From an uncultured Gammaproteobacteria bacterium (lineage in GTDB: Bacteria; Patescibacteriota; Patescibacteriia; Magasanikbacterales; UBA922): 64,000 bases of DNA. The notes under the pieces were generated by a model. That model saw nothing but the letters and a program-made list of their open reading frames with translations, did not search any database and was not told where the DNA came from. Below, piece by piece: positions 54,319 to 63,724 of this stretch. The stretch is taken from positions 231,489 through 295,488 of the forward strand of contig CAZMHV010000002.1 of the NCBI GenBank assembly GCA_964566225.1. The letters run 5' to 3'. Numbering within the stretch: position 1 is the stretch's first letter; each line of letters opens with the position of its first letter. Position numbers and translations under genes: made by a program.

Positions 54319-55449
54319 ATGAAAATACTCTACATTGCTAACTCACGCATGCCTACCGAAAAAGCCCATGGGCTTCAGATTGTAAAAACTATGGAAGCAT
54401 TTTTGCTGCAGGGGGCTGAGGTAGAATTGGTGTTACCCAGACGAAGAAATCATATAGAGCAAAGTATTCAAGAATTTTATCAGGTACAAGGTGTGCCTAC
54501 AATTCATTGGATAGGAAATTATTTTGGATGGCTTGAAACTCTCTGGCATCAAGGATATTTTTCTCTCCAAAGAATGGGTTTTGGGGTGATGGCGTTTTGG
54601 TATGCTCTTTGCAAGAGGGGGTATATCATCTATTCCCGTGAAATTACGCTTTGTTTTTTCTTGTCTCTCTGTGGAAAGAAGGTTGTATTTGAGGACCATG
54701 AACCAAAAAAAAGTTTTGGTTTTGTGTATGATTTTTTTCTGCGCTGTATTCCAAAGAAAGTAATTGTAGCTGAGCTGTTGCAAGAAAGATATGCTGCTGC
54801 AGGAGTAAAAGAAAAGAGTTTTGTGCTCGCTCCCAATGGAGTTGACTTGAAAGAATTTCAAAATGGCACTCAGAGAGAAATCTGGCAAAATGTTTTTTCT
54901 TTGCAACGAAGTGAAAAAATTGTTTTGTATGTAGGGCACTTTTATCCGTGGAAAGGTGTGTATACACTGCTCGACGCTGCTGCACACATTGATGGGATAG
55001 TGGTTCTCGTTGGTGGTATTGAACAAGATAGAAAAAAAGTAGAACAGTATATTGCTCAAAAAAATATTCGTAATGTGGTGGTGCATCCATTTTTGCCACA
55101 CCATGAAGTGGTTCCCTTTATTCAGTCAGCCGATGTGGTAGTATTACCCAATACTAGTCAAGAAGAACGTTCTCAAAAATATACTACTCCTATTAAACTT
55201 TTTGAATACTTGGCAAGTGGCGTGCCACTGGTTGCCAGTCGTTTGCCCAGTTTTCAAAAATATTTGCACCATGAAAAAAATTGTTTGTTGGTGAATCCAG
55301 ATGAACCCCAGGCTTTGGCAAATGTAGTCAATATTTTATTACATGATGCAACCGTAGGTCGTATTTTGGTCTCACAAGCCAAACAAGATGTGCAGCAGTG
55401 GACCTGGAATTCCAGAGCACAAAAAATTCTTTCCTTTCTTCAAACATAG
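54319..55449 (+). CDS. Glycosyltransferase family 4
   Basis: MKILYIANSRMPTEKAHGLQIV. C-terminal QEERSQKYTTPIKLFEYLASGVPLVASRLPSF. Confidence 0.7.
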   Translation: MKILYIANSRMPTEKAHGLQIVKTMEAFLLQGAEVELVLPRRRNHIEQSIQEFYQVQGVPTIHWIGNYFGWLETLWHQGYFSLQRMGFGVMAFWYALCKRGYIIYSREITLCFFLSLCGKKVVFEDHEPKKSFGFVYDFFLRCIPKKVIVAELLQERYAAAGVKEKSFVLAPNGVDLKEFQNGTQREIWQNVFSLQRSEKIVLYVGHFYPWKGVYTLLDAAAHIDGIVVLVGGIEQDRKKVEQYIAQKNIRNVVVHPFLPHHEVVPFIQSADVVVLPNTSQEERSQKYTTPIKLFEYLASGVPLVASRLPSFQKYLHHEKNCLLVNPDEPQALANVVNILLHDATVGRILVSQAKQDVQQWTWNSRAQKILSFLQT

Positions 55450-55451
55450 CT

Positions 55452-56816
55452 ATGTCTTCAAATCGAAAAAAAATTCTGGAAGGCTTATTTCTCTACTCAT
55501 TTAGTCGCACTGGCGTGAAAGTTTTTGCATTTCTTTCATTTTTGTTTATTACCAAAGGGTTATCACTGTCAGAGTATGGTCAGCTGCAACTTTTTTTTGC
55601 GGTGCTTGCTCCAGCCAGTGCTTTGATCTCACTGAATCTTGATAAATTGGTGGTAGCTGATGCTGCGGCACTTCGCGGACAGAATTCCACTCACAAAGCT
55701 CAACGACTTTTTAAACAATATTTTTCTTTAAGTAGCATACTTTTCGTGCTCGTACTCGGTCTAGGTTTTGCTGCCCACAATTTTCTTTCGAACTATTTCA
55801 AAGTTGATTTGTCACTCTATTTTTGGCCTGTGGCCGCTTTGATTATTGGACAACTGGTAATGAATTTTGCCTCAATGGTTTTTACAGCGTTTGAACATTT
55901 TCGTGGTGTAGCCATTCTCCAAATTGGTGAAGCTGTTGCACGCTTACTATTTGTTCTTTTGTTCTTTTTTACTGATCAGATCACGGTTCTGACTATTTTG
56001 TGGGCATATGTTGGTTCTAAGTTTGTAGTACCTGTTCTTACTTTTCCTTGGGTGCTGCGTCTCCTGAAAGCTCCTGTCGGAACCGAGAGTAAAGAAAATT
56101 TGCTTGGTGCTATTTTAAAGCGTCATGGTAAATGGGAAGTAAGTAATGGTATGGTTGATACCCTGGTAGGCAATCTCTGGCCTTGGATACTTAACTTTTT
56201 TGGTGGCACAGTGGCTGTGGGGGTGTATGGCTTTGCAGAAAAAATCATTAGTTTTATCAATGCTGGGTTGCCAGTTGACGCTGTTCTCTTTCCTATTATT
56301 AGTCGAAGTGTTAAAGAAAAAAAAGAAGTGGCCAAGCTTATTATTATCAAAGCCAAAAAATATACTTTTTTCTTGCTCTTGTTCACTTTTATTTTAGGTT
56401 CACTTTTGGTAAAGCCTGTGATAGAATTTTTTGTGCCTCAATACGTGGGCGCGGTTCCTTATATTATTGTACTCATGTTTAACCTGTGTCTGGGTGTATT
56501 TGCTATTGGTCAGTCAGCCGTGCTCTATGCATACCAACAACAAAAAGTTATGTTTGGCGCGCGTGGTATTATTTTAACGGCTCGACTGGTGCTTCAAATC
56601 GTGTTGGTTTCCCTTTTTGGTATTTGGGGATTAGTATTTTCTGTGATCTGTATGGACTTTTTAACTTCAGCTATACGTGAGTATATTTTACGTAAACGAC
56701 TCAACTTTTCACTCTGGGAATGGGAGCCTTTCTTTACCTTTGACCAGTATGATAGAATAGTGCTGCAATCTTTGCGCGAAAAAGCATTAAAAATTTTCCG
56801 TCGATCTCAATCTTAA
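55452..56816 (+). CDS. Wzx-like polysaccharide flippase (MOP/oligosaccharide flippase family)
   Basis: Twelve or more TM helices and a size of about 455 aa. Placed inside the glycan cluster. The ORF track starts at 55398, overlapping the upstream stop. Confidence 0.55.
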   Translation: MSSNRKKILEGLFLYSFSRTGVKVFAFLSFLFITKGLSLSEYGQLQLFFAVLAPASALISLNLDKLVVADAAALRGQNSTHKAQRLFKQYFSLSSILFVLVLGLGFAAHNFLSNYFKVDLSLYFWPVAALIIGQLVMNFASMVFTAFEHFRGVAILQIGEAVARLLFVLLFFFTDQITVLTILWAYVGSKFVVPVLTFPWVLRLLKAPVGTESKENLLGAILKRHGKWEVSNGMVDTLVGNLWPWILNFFGGTVAVGVYGFAEKIISFINAGLPVDAVLFPIISRSVKEKKEVAKLIIIKAKKYTFFLLLFTFILGSLLVKPVIEFFVPQYVGAVPYIIVLMFNLCLGVFAIGQSAVLYAYQQQKVMFGARGIILTARLVLQIVLVSLFGIWGLVFSVICMDFLTSAIREYILRKRLNFSLWEWEPFFTFDQYDRIVLQSLREKALKIFRRSQS

Positions 56817-56833
56817 TTTTTATTGGTACCTGT

Positions 56834-57745
56834 ATGAAGTTTCCCTTCAAAAAACAGATTATCAGTCTGCAAGACAAATGGAGATTTTTTTGGACTTCAG
56901 CCAAAATACGCCTGGCCTACCGTATTGGGCAACGTCGATTTCCTCAATTAAGAAAAAAAGGCATACCCCATGCAATTCATTTGGGGGTAGTTGGTATTAG
57001 TGGAAATGAAAAATCGGGTATTATTTTGCCACCAAATTATTTGCAAATTGTTGAAGAATTTTACCAAGATGCTAAACAGCGTTTTGCACAGACAAAAAAC
57101 TGTCGTCTTCGTTCTGCGAGTGATGATGTAAATAAAAAGATTGCACTCGGTAACCTTCCAGAAAAGCTTGACGATGTGGAAGAAATACAGAAAGGGCTTA
57201 TCAGTACTGTTCGATTGGCTTACACTCTTGATTTAAAAAATCTGCAGGAAATTTGTAATATTTTACTCCCTCAAGTTGAAGAAAATATTTATCATTCACC
57301 AATTATTGTAGAAAAAGTCACTGTATATCGTCATCTCACTTCTGCATTGCCAGAATATGCCTCTATATTGTGGCATGCTGACAACCATTTTGAAGAAGTG
57401 ACCAAGATTATGATTTACCTCAGTGATGTTGGTGAAAAACAAGCTCCTTTTGAATATCTTCGACACAAAGAAACAGGTGGTGTTATCCACATTCAGCCGG
57501 CTATGCCGCAAAAATATCCGAGTGGAAGAATTCCAAAAGAGGTAATTGATAATGCCTTGCAAAATGGTTATGAGTCTTATAAAGTACTGGGACCAAAAGG
57601 AACAACCATGATATTTGACGATAAAATTATTCACAAGGGGAACTATGCCAAAGAGGGGTATAGAGATGTGCTCGTATTGCAGCTTCGTCCGGTAGCCAAG
57701 GCTTACCCTCGTTATCTTGATCCAGCTTGGACCACTTCATTTTAA
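56834..57745 (+). CDS. Hypothetical protein, possibly PhyH-like Fe(II)/2-oxoglutarate oxygenase
   Basis: WHADNH (H-x-D) and distal IIHKGNY could form a 2-His-1-carboxylate facial triad. This is a weak inference. Confidence 0.3.
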   Translation: MKFPFKKQIISLQDKWRFFWTSAKIRLAYRIGQRRFPQLRKKGIPHAIHLGVVGISGNEKSGIILPPNYLQIVEEFYQDAKQRFAQTKNCRLRSASDDVNKKIALGNLPEKLDDVEEIQKGLISTVRLAYTLDLKNLQEICNILLPQVEENIYHSPIIVEKVTVYRHLTSALPEYASILWHADNHFEEVTKIMIYLSDVGEKQAPFEYLRHKETGGVIHIQPAMPQKYPSGRIPKEVIDNALQNGYESYKVLGPKGTTMIFDDKIIHKGNYAKEGYRDVLVLQLRPVAKAYPRYLDPAWTTSF

Positions 57746-57762
57746 TTTTTATTGTTTAGGAT

Positions 57763-58515
57763 ATGGAAAAGATTCCTTCTGTGCGAGAACTTCGTGGTTT
57801 GTGCCAATCAACCGCACCAAATCCAGCACGTGAAAGTTTTACTGGAAAGTTTTCTCGTAAATTTTCTATTTTGTTTACCTGGCTTTTGCTCCACACCAAT
57901 ATTACCCCAAATCAGATTACAGTTTTGAGTGTGCTCGTGTTTTTTGCGGGCACTACCATGTTTTTGAAAAATGACTTTTGGTGGAATATTGGTGGATCAT
58001 TGGTTATCTTTTTTTCTATTATTCTGGATGGGTGTGATGGTGAAGTGGCTCGCTTTCGTAAACGTCCGAGTTTGGTTGGTACCAATTATGTAGAACCAGT
58101 AAGTCATGATATCCAATATGGATTTATGTTTCCTCTCTTAGGATTTGGTTTGTACTACTTTCAAGGCTTTTCATTTTTGTATGTGCTTCTTGGAGTTATT
58201 GCTGGGATGACCAAAATGCAGTATCGATTTTTGGAAATTCGTTTTTGGCTCCTGCAAAATGCCAAAGAAACTATTACCGATGCAAAGATTGAACAAATGA
58301 AAGAAAACTATAAAAAACAACCCGCCTCTGTACGTTTATTGTACTGGGTAAATAAAAATTTTTTTAGTTCTACTGGAGTGTTTTTACTTATCTTTATTTG
58401 TTCTGTTATCAATCGTATTGACTTGTATTTGTGGATTTTTGCTGTTGCTTATACAAGTCTCTGGTTATTATTGTTTGCCAAACAAGTCTATAAAATTTCT
58501 ACTGAAAAAATATGA
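57763..58515 (+). CDS. CDP-alcohol phosphatidyltransferase-like membrane protein
   Basis: Six to seven TM helices. LDGCDGEVARFRKRPSLVG matches the D-x2-D-G-x2-A-R-x8-G start of the CDP-OH transferase motif. The downstream Asp spacing is atypical. Confidence 0.35.
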   Translation: MEKIPSVRELRGLCQSTAPNPARESFTGKFSRKFSILFTWLLLHTNITPNQITVLSVLVFFAGTTMFLKNDFWWNIGGSLVIFFSIILDGCDGEVARFRKRPSLVGTNYVEPVSHDIQYGFMFPLLGFGLYYFQGFSFLYVLLGVIAGMTKMQYRFLEIRFWLLQNAKETITDAKIEQMKENYKKQPASVRLLYWVNKNFFSSTGVFLLIFICSVINRIDLYLWIFAVAYTSLWLLLFAKQVYKISTEKI

Positions 58516-60425
58516 TAACAAAAATTGGTGTTATTCTTTCGGCTGGTGAAGGAGTACGACTTGATCACCCAAATAGTCCAAAGCCGCTTGTGAAAGTGGG
58601 GAGTAAACCTCTCATTCTTTGGAATATTGAACAAATGCAGCAGGCAGGCCTCGAAAAGATTTACATTGTAGTCGGACACCGAGCTGAGGAAATTCAAAAA
58701 GAGTTAGTAGGTAATCCGGCTATTACGGCATCTATTGAATATATTCATCAGACAGATGCTTCCAAAGAAGGGATGTTATCGTCGATTTTGGCCCTTCAGT
58801 CAGTCATTGATGGACCATTTTTTCTGGGCATGGCTGATTTGATTATAGGAGAAAATCCGTATGAGCTCATGCAAAAGCAAGTACCAAGTTTGAGTGAAGA
58901 TGGAATTTTAAGTTTAATTGGAACCAATTTATCGTATTCAGTTCGTTCAGGTGCATTGTCTCGAGTCAAAATGCAAGGCTCATTGATTACGACTCTTGGG
59001 CGAGAATTAGAATCATACGATGGTTTCGAAGTAGGTATTTATTACTTTGCTGATAAGTCATTGGCTTTATTAAATGAACTTGCAGAGCCATTACCTCAGC
59101 CACGACGTTTTGACGAAGTACTCCAAAAAGTAGCTTCGTATAAAAAATTGCAGGTGGTTCCTCTTGAAGAGTCTGAATGGTTTGATGTAAATACTCCGGC
59201 TATTCTTATCCGTGCGAATATTTTTTTTCGTAGTCATGATCAAAAAAATACTCAAGTAGTACGTGATAAAGGACTTCATGAACCAGTACTTTTTTCTCAA
59301 TTCAGTCGTGGTAAAGTCATGACTTCTCAAATTTGTATTGAAAAAGGAATGGTGAAAAAATTGGATGCCTTTCGTATTATTCCTGCATCATCGTTCGCTT
59401 CACCACATGTGCTGCTTACTGATTCTCTGGTTGATCCACATTATGGGGATAAAGTACTTGAGGGGTTGCGCTTTGGTGGACTTAATATAAGAAAAATTGT
59501 AGTCGAGGCAGGCGAATCAACCAAAAATATTACGGAATATTCTCGCATTGCAGATGAAATCTTTGCTGGGGGTATTGATAAACGATCATACCTTATCAGT
59601 CTTGGTGGAGGAGTCATAAATAATATTGCTGGATTTTTAGCATCTACGCTCTATCGGGGCATTGGTCTTATCCATATTCCTACATCCATGATGGCGCAGG
59701 TAGATGCAGCTATTGATTTTAAGCAAGCAGTAAACTCCTCTCATGGAAAAAATTTGTTTGGAAGTTATTATCCCGCTCGTTCAATTCTTATTGACCCAGA
59801 AGTGTTGTCTACGCTTGATCGTCGTCATGTGGTGAATGGTATTTCTGAATCTATTAAACATGCGTTGGTGCAAGATCATGAATTTTTTGACTACCTTATG
59901 AAATATCAAGGAGATTTGCATGATATCAATTTTCTTGATTATGTGGTGCGTCATTCGATTGAACTTAAAGTACCACTTTTGAATGGGAGTGTTGACGACG
60001 ATTATAATGAAATGCTGCCGCAGTATGGTCACAGTATTGGTCATGCTATTGAACATCTGTCTGCATACGAATTTTTGCACGGTGAATCTATTGCTATTGG
60101 TATGTGTATTAGTGCGGAGATTGCTCACATTTTGGGAATTTGTAATAAAGATGTGGTGGATGCTCACTATGCGGTGTTTCAAAAATATGAATTGCCAACC
60201 GTGGTACCTACGGAAATGTCAGTTGAAGATATTGTGGCGACCATCCGTTATGACAAGCACTATATGCTTGGAAATCCAGAAATGGCACTACCACAAGAAA
60301 TTGGTATTCCGTGGCAAGAAAAAGGTGTGTATGGAATTCCAATTGATTATGAAATTTTGGAACGTGGTATTAAAAAAAATAAAGTGCGAAATGGAAACGG
60401 GCAAAATGAAACAACACTTATATAA
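58512..60425 (+). CDS. Bifunctional fusion: N-terminal sugar/alcohol-phosphate nucleotidyltransferase + C-terminal dehydroquinate-synthase-like sugar-phosphate cyclase (NAD/metal-dependent)
   Basis: N-terminus IGVILSAGEGVRLDHPNSPKPLVKVGSKPLILWNIEQ (MobA/IspD-like NTP transferase). C-terminus LISLGGGVINNIAGFLASTLYRGIGLIHIPTSMMAQVDAAIDFK...HGKNLFGSYYPARSILIDPEVLSTL...SIKHALVQDHEFF...HGESIAIGM aligns motif-by-motif with AroB/DHQS (GGGVxxDxxGFxA, PTTLLAQVD, GKNxxGxFxQP, HGExVAIGM). Confidence 0.7.
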   Translation: MITKIGVILSAGEGVRLDHPNSPKPLVKVGSKPLILWNIEQMQQAGLEKIYIVVGHRAEEIQKELVGNPAITASIEYIHQTDASKEGMLSSILALQSVIDGPFFLGMADLIIGENPYELMQKQVPSLSEDGILSLIGTNLSYSVRSGALSRVKMQGSLITTLGRELESYDGFEVGIYYFADKSLALLNELAEPLPQPRRFDEVLQKVASYKKLQVVPLEESEWFDVNTPAILIRANIFFRSHDQKNTQVVRDKGLHEPVLFSQFSRGKVMTSQICIEKGMVKKLDAFRIIPASSFASPHVLLTDSLVDPHYGDKVLEGLRFGGLNIRKIVVEAGESTKNITEYSRIADEIFAGGIDKRSYLISLGGGVINNIAGFLASTLYRGIGLIHIPTSMMAQVDAAIDFKQAVNSSHGKNLFGSYYPARSILIDPEVLSTLDRRHVVNGISESIKHALVQDHEFFDYLMKYQGDLHDINFLDYVVRHSIELKVPLLNGSVDDDYNEMLPQYGHSIGHAIEHLSAYEFLHGESIAIGMCISAEIAHILGICNKDVVDAHYAVFQKYELPTVVPTEMSVEDIVATIRYDKHYMLGNPEMALPQEIGIPWQEKGVYGIPIDYEILERGIKKNKVRNGNGQNETTLI

Positions 60426-60428
60426 TAT

Positions 60429-61175
60429 ATGAAGAAAAAAATTCTTGTTACTGGCGCGAGCCGTGGCATTGGCAAAGCAATTACCGAAGTGCTCTTAAAA
60501 AAAGGGTATGCCGTGCATATGGTGGCAAAAGATGAGCCTGAGTTGAAACAAGCCTGTGAATATATGTCTACTTTTGGTGATTGCTCTTTTACTGCGGTTG
60601 ATTTGGGAAGTTGTGAAGCTATTGCGCAATTTGTTGGTGATTGGGAAGAATTGTTGTATGGCATTGTAAACAATGCGGGTATTTGTAAAACTGAACGACT
60701 TGATGAAGAAAAAAATGTGTGGGACGAAGTGTTGGCCGTCAACTTGAATGGGCCTTATTTACTTACCAAAGGACTAATGAGTAGGCTTGAAAATAATGGT
60801 CGCATTGTAAATATCTCTTCACAGCTTGGCAAAGAAGGGCGTGCCGGATACAGTGCCTACTGTGCTTCCAAGTTTGGCTTGATTGGACTCACAAAATGTT
60901 GGGCCAAGGAGCTTGGTGACAAAGGAATTACTGTGAATGCCGTGTGCCCAGGTTGGGTAGCGACTGATATGGCCATGAAAGATATGGAACGTTTGGCACA
61001 GGAGAAAGGAATTTCAATCGAAGAGTATTATAAAGAAATTTGTGCGCCACTTGAACTCAAGCGATTTACCACACCTGAAGAAGTCGCATACCTGGTGGCC
61101 TTTTTGGTGTCAGAAGAGGCAAGTGGAATAACGGGCAGAGACATGCTTATGAATACCATTTGGAATCAGGAATAA
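60429..61175 (+). CDS. Short-chain dehydrogenase/reductase (SDR)
   Basis: ILVTGASRGIGKAI, NAGI and YSAYCASKFGLIGLTK (YxxxK). Confidence 0.8.
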   Translation: MKKKILVTGASRGIGKAITEVLLKKGYAVHMVAKDEPELKQACEYMSTFGDCSFTAVDLGSCEAIAQFVGDWEELLYGIVNNAGICKTERLDEEKNVWDEVLAVNLNGPYLLTKGLMSRLENNGRIVNISSQLGKEGRAGYSAYCASKFGLIGLTKCWAKELGDKGITVNAVCPGWVATDMAMKDMERLAQEKGISIEEYYKEICAPLELKRFTTPEEVAYLVAFLVSEEASGITGRDMLMNTIWNQE

Positions 61176-61176
61176 T

Positions 61177-62106
61177 ATGGAATCTGTTATTTTACAATAT
61201 ATTACACAGTCATATAATAAGGAAATTATTTCTTGCACTCATATAAAAACAGGTGTCATAAATTCCAATTATTTGTGCCAGACAGCCAGTGGAGAAGAAT
61301 ATATTTTTAAACTCTATAATTTTAAAAATGCAGACGAACTTCAGTTTGAAATTGATATTCTTCTTCACTTGGAACAAAAAAATTTTCCATGTCCACGACT
61401 CATTCAAAAAAATGATGAAAAGCTTGTTGGAGAAGTAGAAAATAAACCTTGTGTGCTCTATAAATATATTCCAGGAGAATTACAAAGTACTGTTGACGAA
61501 ACATTTTTGTTTGAAGTAGGAAAAGTATTGGGGCAGTTGCATGTGAGTATGCAAGATTTTACTCCACAGGTGCAAAAAAGTAGTTGGGATCCACACGATA
61601 TTGCTGAACTGGTAGAAAAAAGAGGCAACGAATTGGTGGAACGCAATTTCCTAGAGGCGGCAGAGTTACTTTCATTTGTGCGTGTAGAGCTCCAAAAGTA
61701 TTCTTTTCCTGATCTCCCAAAAGGCATCACACATCAAGATGTAAAGCTCGAAAATATTGTGGTACAGAATGGAAATATCCAAGCCCTTATTGACTTTGAT
61801 AATAGTTATTATGGCGCACTTATTCACGATCTTACTACGAGTATTATTTGGATGTGTGTAAAGAATGAAAAAATTTCGCCAGTATGGGTAGCCGCACTCC
61901 TCAAAGGCTATGAAAGTATACGTCCGCTCACTCTCACAGAAAAAGAAGTACTGCATCAAGCCATTGCTTGGAGACTGGTACGAGAGATTTTTGTTGGGCC
62001 ATTGGTGACATTGAATTATCCAGATATTGTAAAACAACGTTCAGATTCATTTAAAAAAATATATTTACATTTTATTCATTCAGAATCAAAAACCTATGGC
62101 ATCTAA
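61177..62106 (+). CDS. Small-molecule kinase of the APH / choline-ethanolamine kinase (LicA-like) fold
   Basis: Brenner motif HQDVKLENIVV and IDFDNSYYG (DFD). Confidence 0.65.
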   Translation: MESVILQYITQSYNKEIISCTHIKTGVINSNYLCQTASGEEYIFKLYNFKNADELQFEIDILLHLEQKNFPCPRLIQKNDEKLVGEVENKPCVLYKYIPGELQSTVDETFLFEVGKVLGQLHVSMQDFTPQVQKSSWDPHDIAELVEKRGNELVERNFLEAAELLSFVRVELQKYSFPDLPKGITHQDVKLENIVVQNGNIQALIDFDNSYYGALIHDLTTSIIWMCVKNEKISPVWVAALLKGYESIRPLTLTEKEVLHQAIAWRLVREIFVGPLVTLNYPDIVKQRSDSFKKIYLHFIHSESKTYGI

Positions 62107-62818
62107 AACAGGAATGATCCTCGCTGCAGGTATGGGTAAACGACTCGGAGCAATTTCACAAGAAACTCCAAAACCACTTTTGCCTGTGGCAGGTAAGACA
62201 CTCATTGAATACATGATTGACTTTGTCAAAGGTCTTGGCTGTGACCGTGTTATTGTGGTAGGTGGTTACATGTATGAAAAAGTAGAAGCCGTAGTAAAAA
62301 AGTATGATTCAAGTGTAGAAATGGTTAACAATCCACGTTTTGATTTACAAAATCTCGTGAGTTTCAAAGCTGGTCTTGATATGGTAGAGAGTGGAGATTT
62401 ATTTGTGTGTAATGCAGACTATATTTTCCGTCAAGGAACCATAGATGCGGTCAAAGCCAGTATGGAAAAAATGGGAGTGTACTGCAGTTATGATCTCAGT
62501 GGCAATGCGGATGATGTGATGAAAGTACAAACTGATGAAGACAGAAACCTTATTGAAATGTCCAAGCAACTCACTGAATTTAATTCTATTTATACTGGCA
62601 TGTTCTTCTTTCCTGAGGATACCGTTGCTTCGGTAAAATCAACTACCGAAGAACTTTTGGAAACTGTTGACCAAGTAAAAGCGACTGTAGAATACCTTTT
62701 TCCAGCCCTGATGCAAAAAGGACACAACATTCAAGTGGCAGATTGCGGCAAGGCTGATTGGTTTGAGATTGACAATGAAGAAGAGTGGATGATTGCTCGC
62801 AAAGCCCTTGAACAATAA
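62096..62818 (+). CDS. Nucleotidyltransferase (LicC/CTP:phospho-alcohol cytidylyltransferase-like)
   Basis: GMILAAGMGKRLG...KPLLPVAGKTLIEYMIDFV. 240 aa. Overlaps the kinase gene by 11 nt, suggesting translational coupling. Confidence 0.65.
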   Translation: MASKTGMILAAGMGKRLGAISQETPKPLLPVAGKTLIEYMIDFVKGLGCDRVIVVGGYMYEKVEAVVKKYDSSVEMVNNPRFDLQNLVSFKAGLDMVESGDLFVCNADYIFRQGTIDAVKASMEKMGVYCSYDLSGNADDVMKVQTDEDRNLIEMSKQLTEFNSIYTGMFFFPEDTVASVKSTTEELLETVDQVKATVEYLFPALMQKGHNIQVADCGKADWFEIDNEEEWMIARKALEQ

Positions 62819-62838
62819 ACATTTTTATTCTTACTTCT

Positions 62839-63723
62839 ATGGAACATATTTCGTGCAACCTCTGTGGTGAAACACAAGATACGCAGCTGTACCAAACCAA
62901 GGACTACCGAGTCGTCCTGTGTTTGAATTGTTCACTGTCTTACCTCAATCCACGCATGACGGCACAGGAATACGAACAACACTATCGTAGTCAGTATCAG
63001 ATTGCTCGGCACCAGATTTCCGAAAAAGAAGCGGCTATTGAAAGACTTCTCAAGAAAAAAGCCTACGAACAAAAAAAACAGCGGGTTTCTTTTTTTGAAG
63101 GTGTGGTCACTCCAGATTCAAAAGTGCTCGAAGTCGGTGCTGGCTGGGGAACTTTTTTGAAAGTGTTTCAAGATACCTTTCACTGCTCGGTAGAAGGAAT
63201 TGAAATTTCTGCCTTGGCAGCAGAGGTGGCTCGTGAATACTATGGGCTTTCCATTGTAGAAAAGCCGTTTGAAGTGTATGTCCAAGAAAATAGTGATCAA
63301 AAACAGTTTGACCTTATTTTAATTCATCATGTATTGGAACATTTTCTTGATCCGAGTAAAGTGTTAAAAAATTTGCACGGACTTTTGTCACCAAACGGAT
63401 CAGTCTATATTGCGGTTCCCAATGTAGCCAATCCCGATGAACTCCTGCCACAATTTTTTCGTATTGAACATACCTATTATTTTACACCCAGGACGCTTAT
63501 CAAAATGATAGAAAAAAATGGATTTGAAGTTGCAAAATTGGTAGTAGGGGAGAATGATATAAAAATTATTATCAAAAAAGGAAACAAAATATATGATGGT
63601 GCTGAAATAGAGATAACCGCTGCACAAATTCAGCGAACTTTACGCTTACGAAAGTATACTGAAGCTGTTAAAAATATTATTCGACCATTATATTATAAGA
63701 TTAAAAATACCATACATCATTAA
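62839..63723 (+). CDS. Class I SAM-dependent methyltransferase with N-terminal Cys4 zinc ribbon
   Basis: CNLCGE...CLNCSL. VLEVGAGWGTFLKVF. LILIHHVLEHFLDPSKVLKNLHGLLSPNGSVYIAVPN. Confidence 0.65.
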   Translation: MEHISCNLCGETQDTQLYQTKDYRVVLCLNCSLSYLNPRMTAQEYEQHYRSQYQIARHQISEKEAAIERLLKKKAYEQKKQRVSFFEGVVTPDSKVLEVGAGWGTFLKVFQDTFHCSVEGIEISALAAEVAREYYGLSIVEKPFEVYVQENSDQKQFDLILIHHVLEHFLDPSKVLKNLHGLLSPNGSVYIAVPNVANPDELLPQFFRIEHTYYFTPRTLIKMIEKNGFEVAKLVVGENDIKIIIKKGNKIYDGAEIEITAAQIQRTLRLRKYTEAVKNIIRPLYYKIKNTIHH

Positions 63724-63724
63724 T

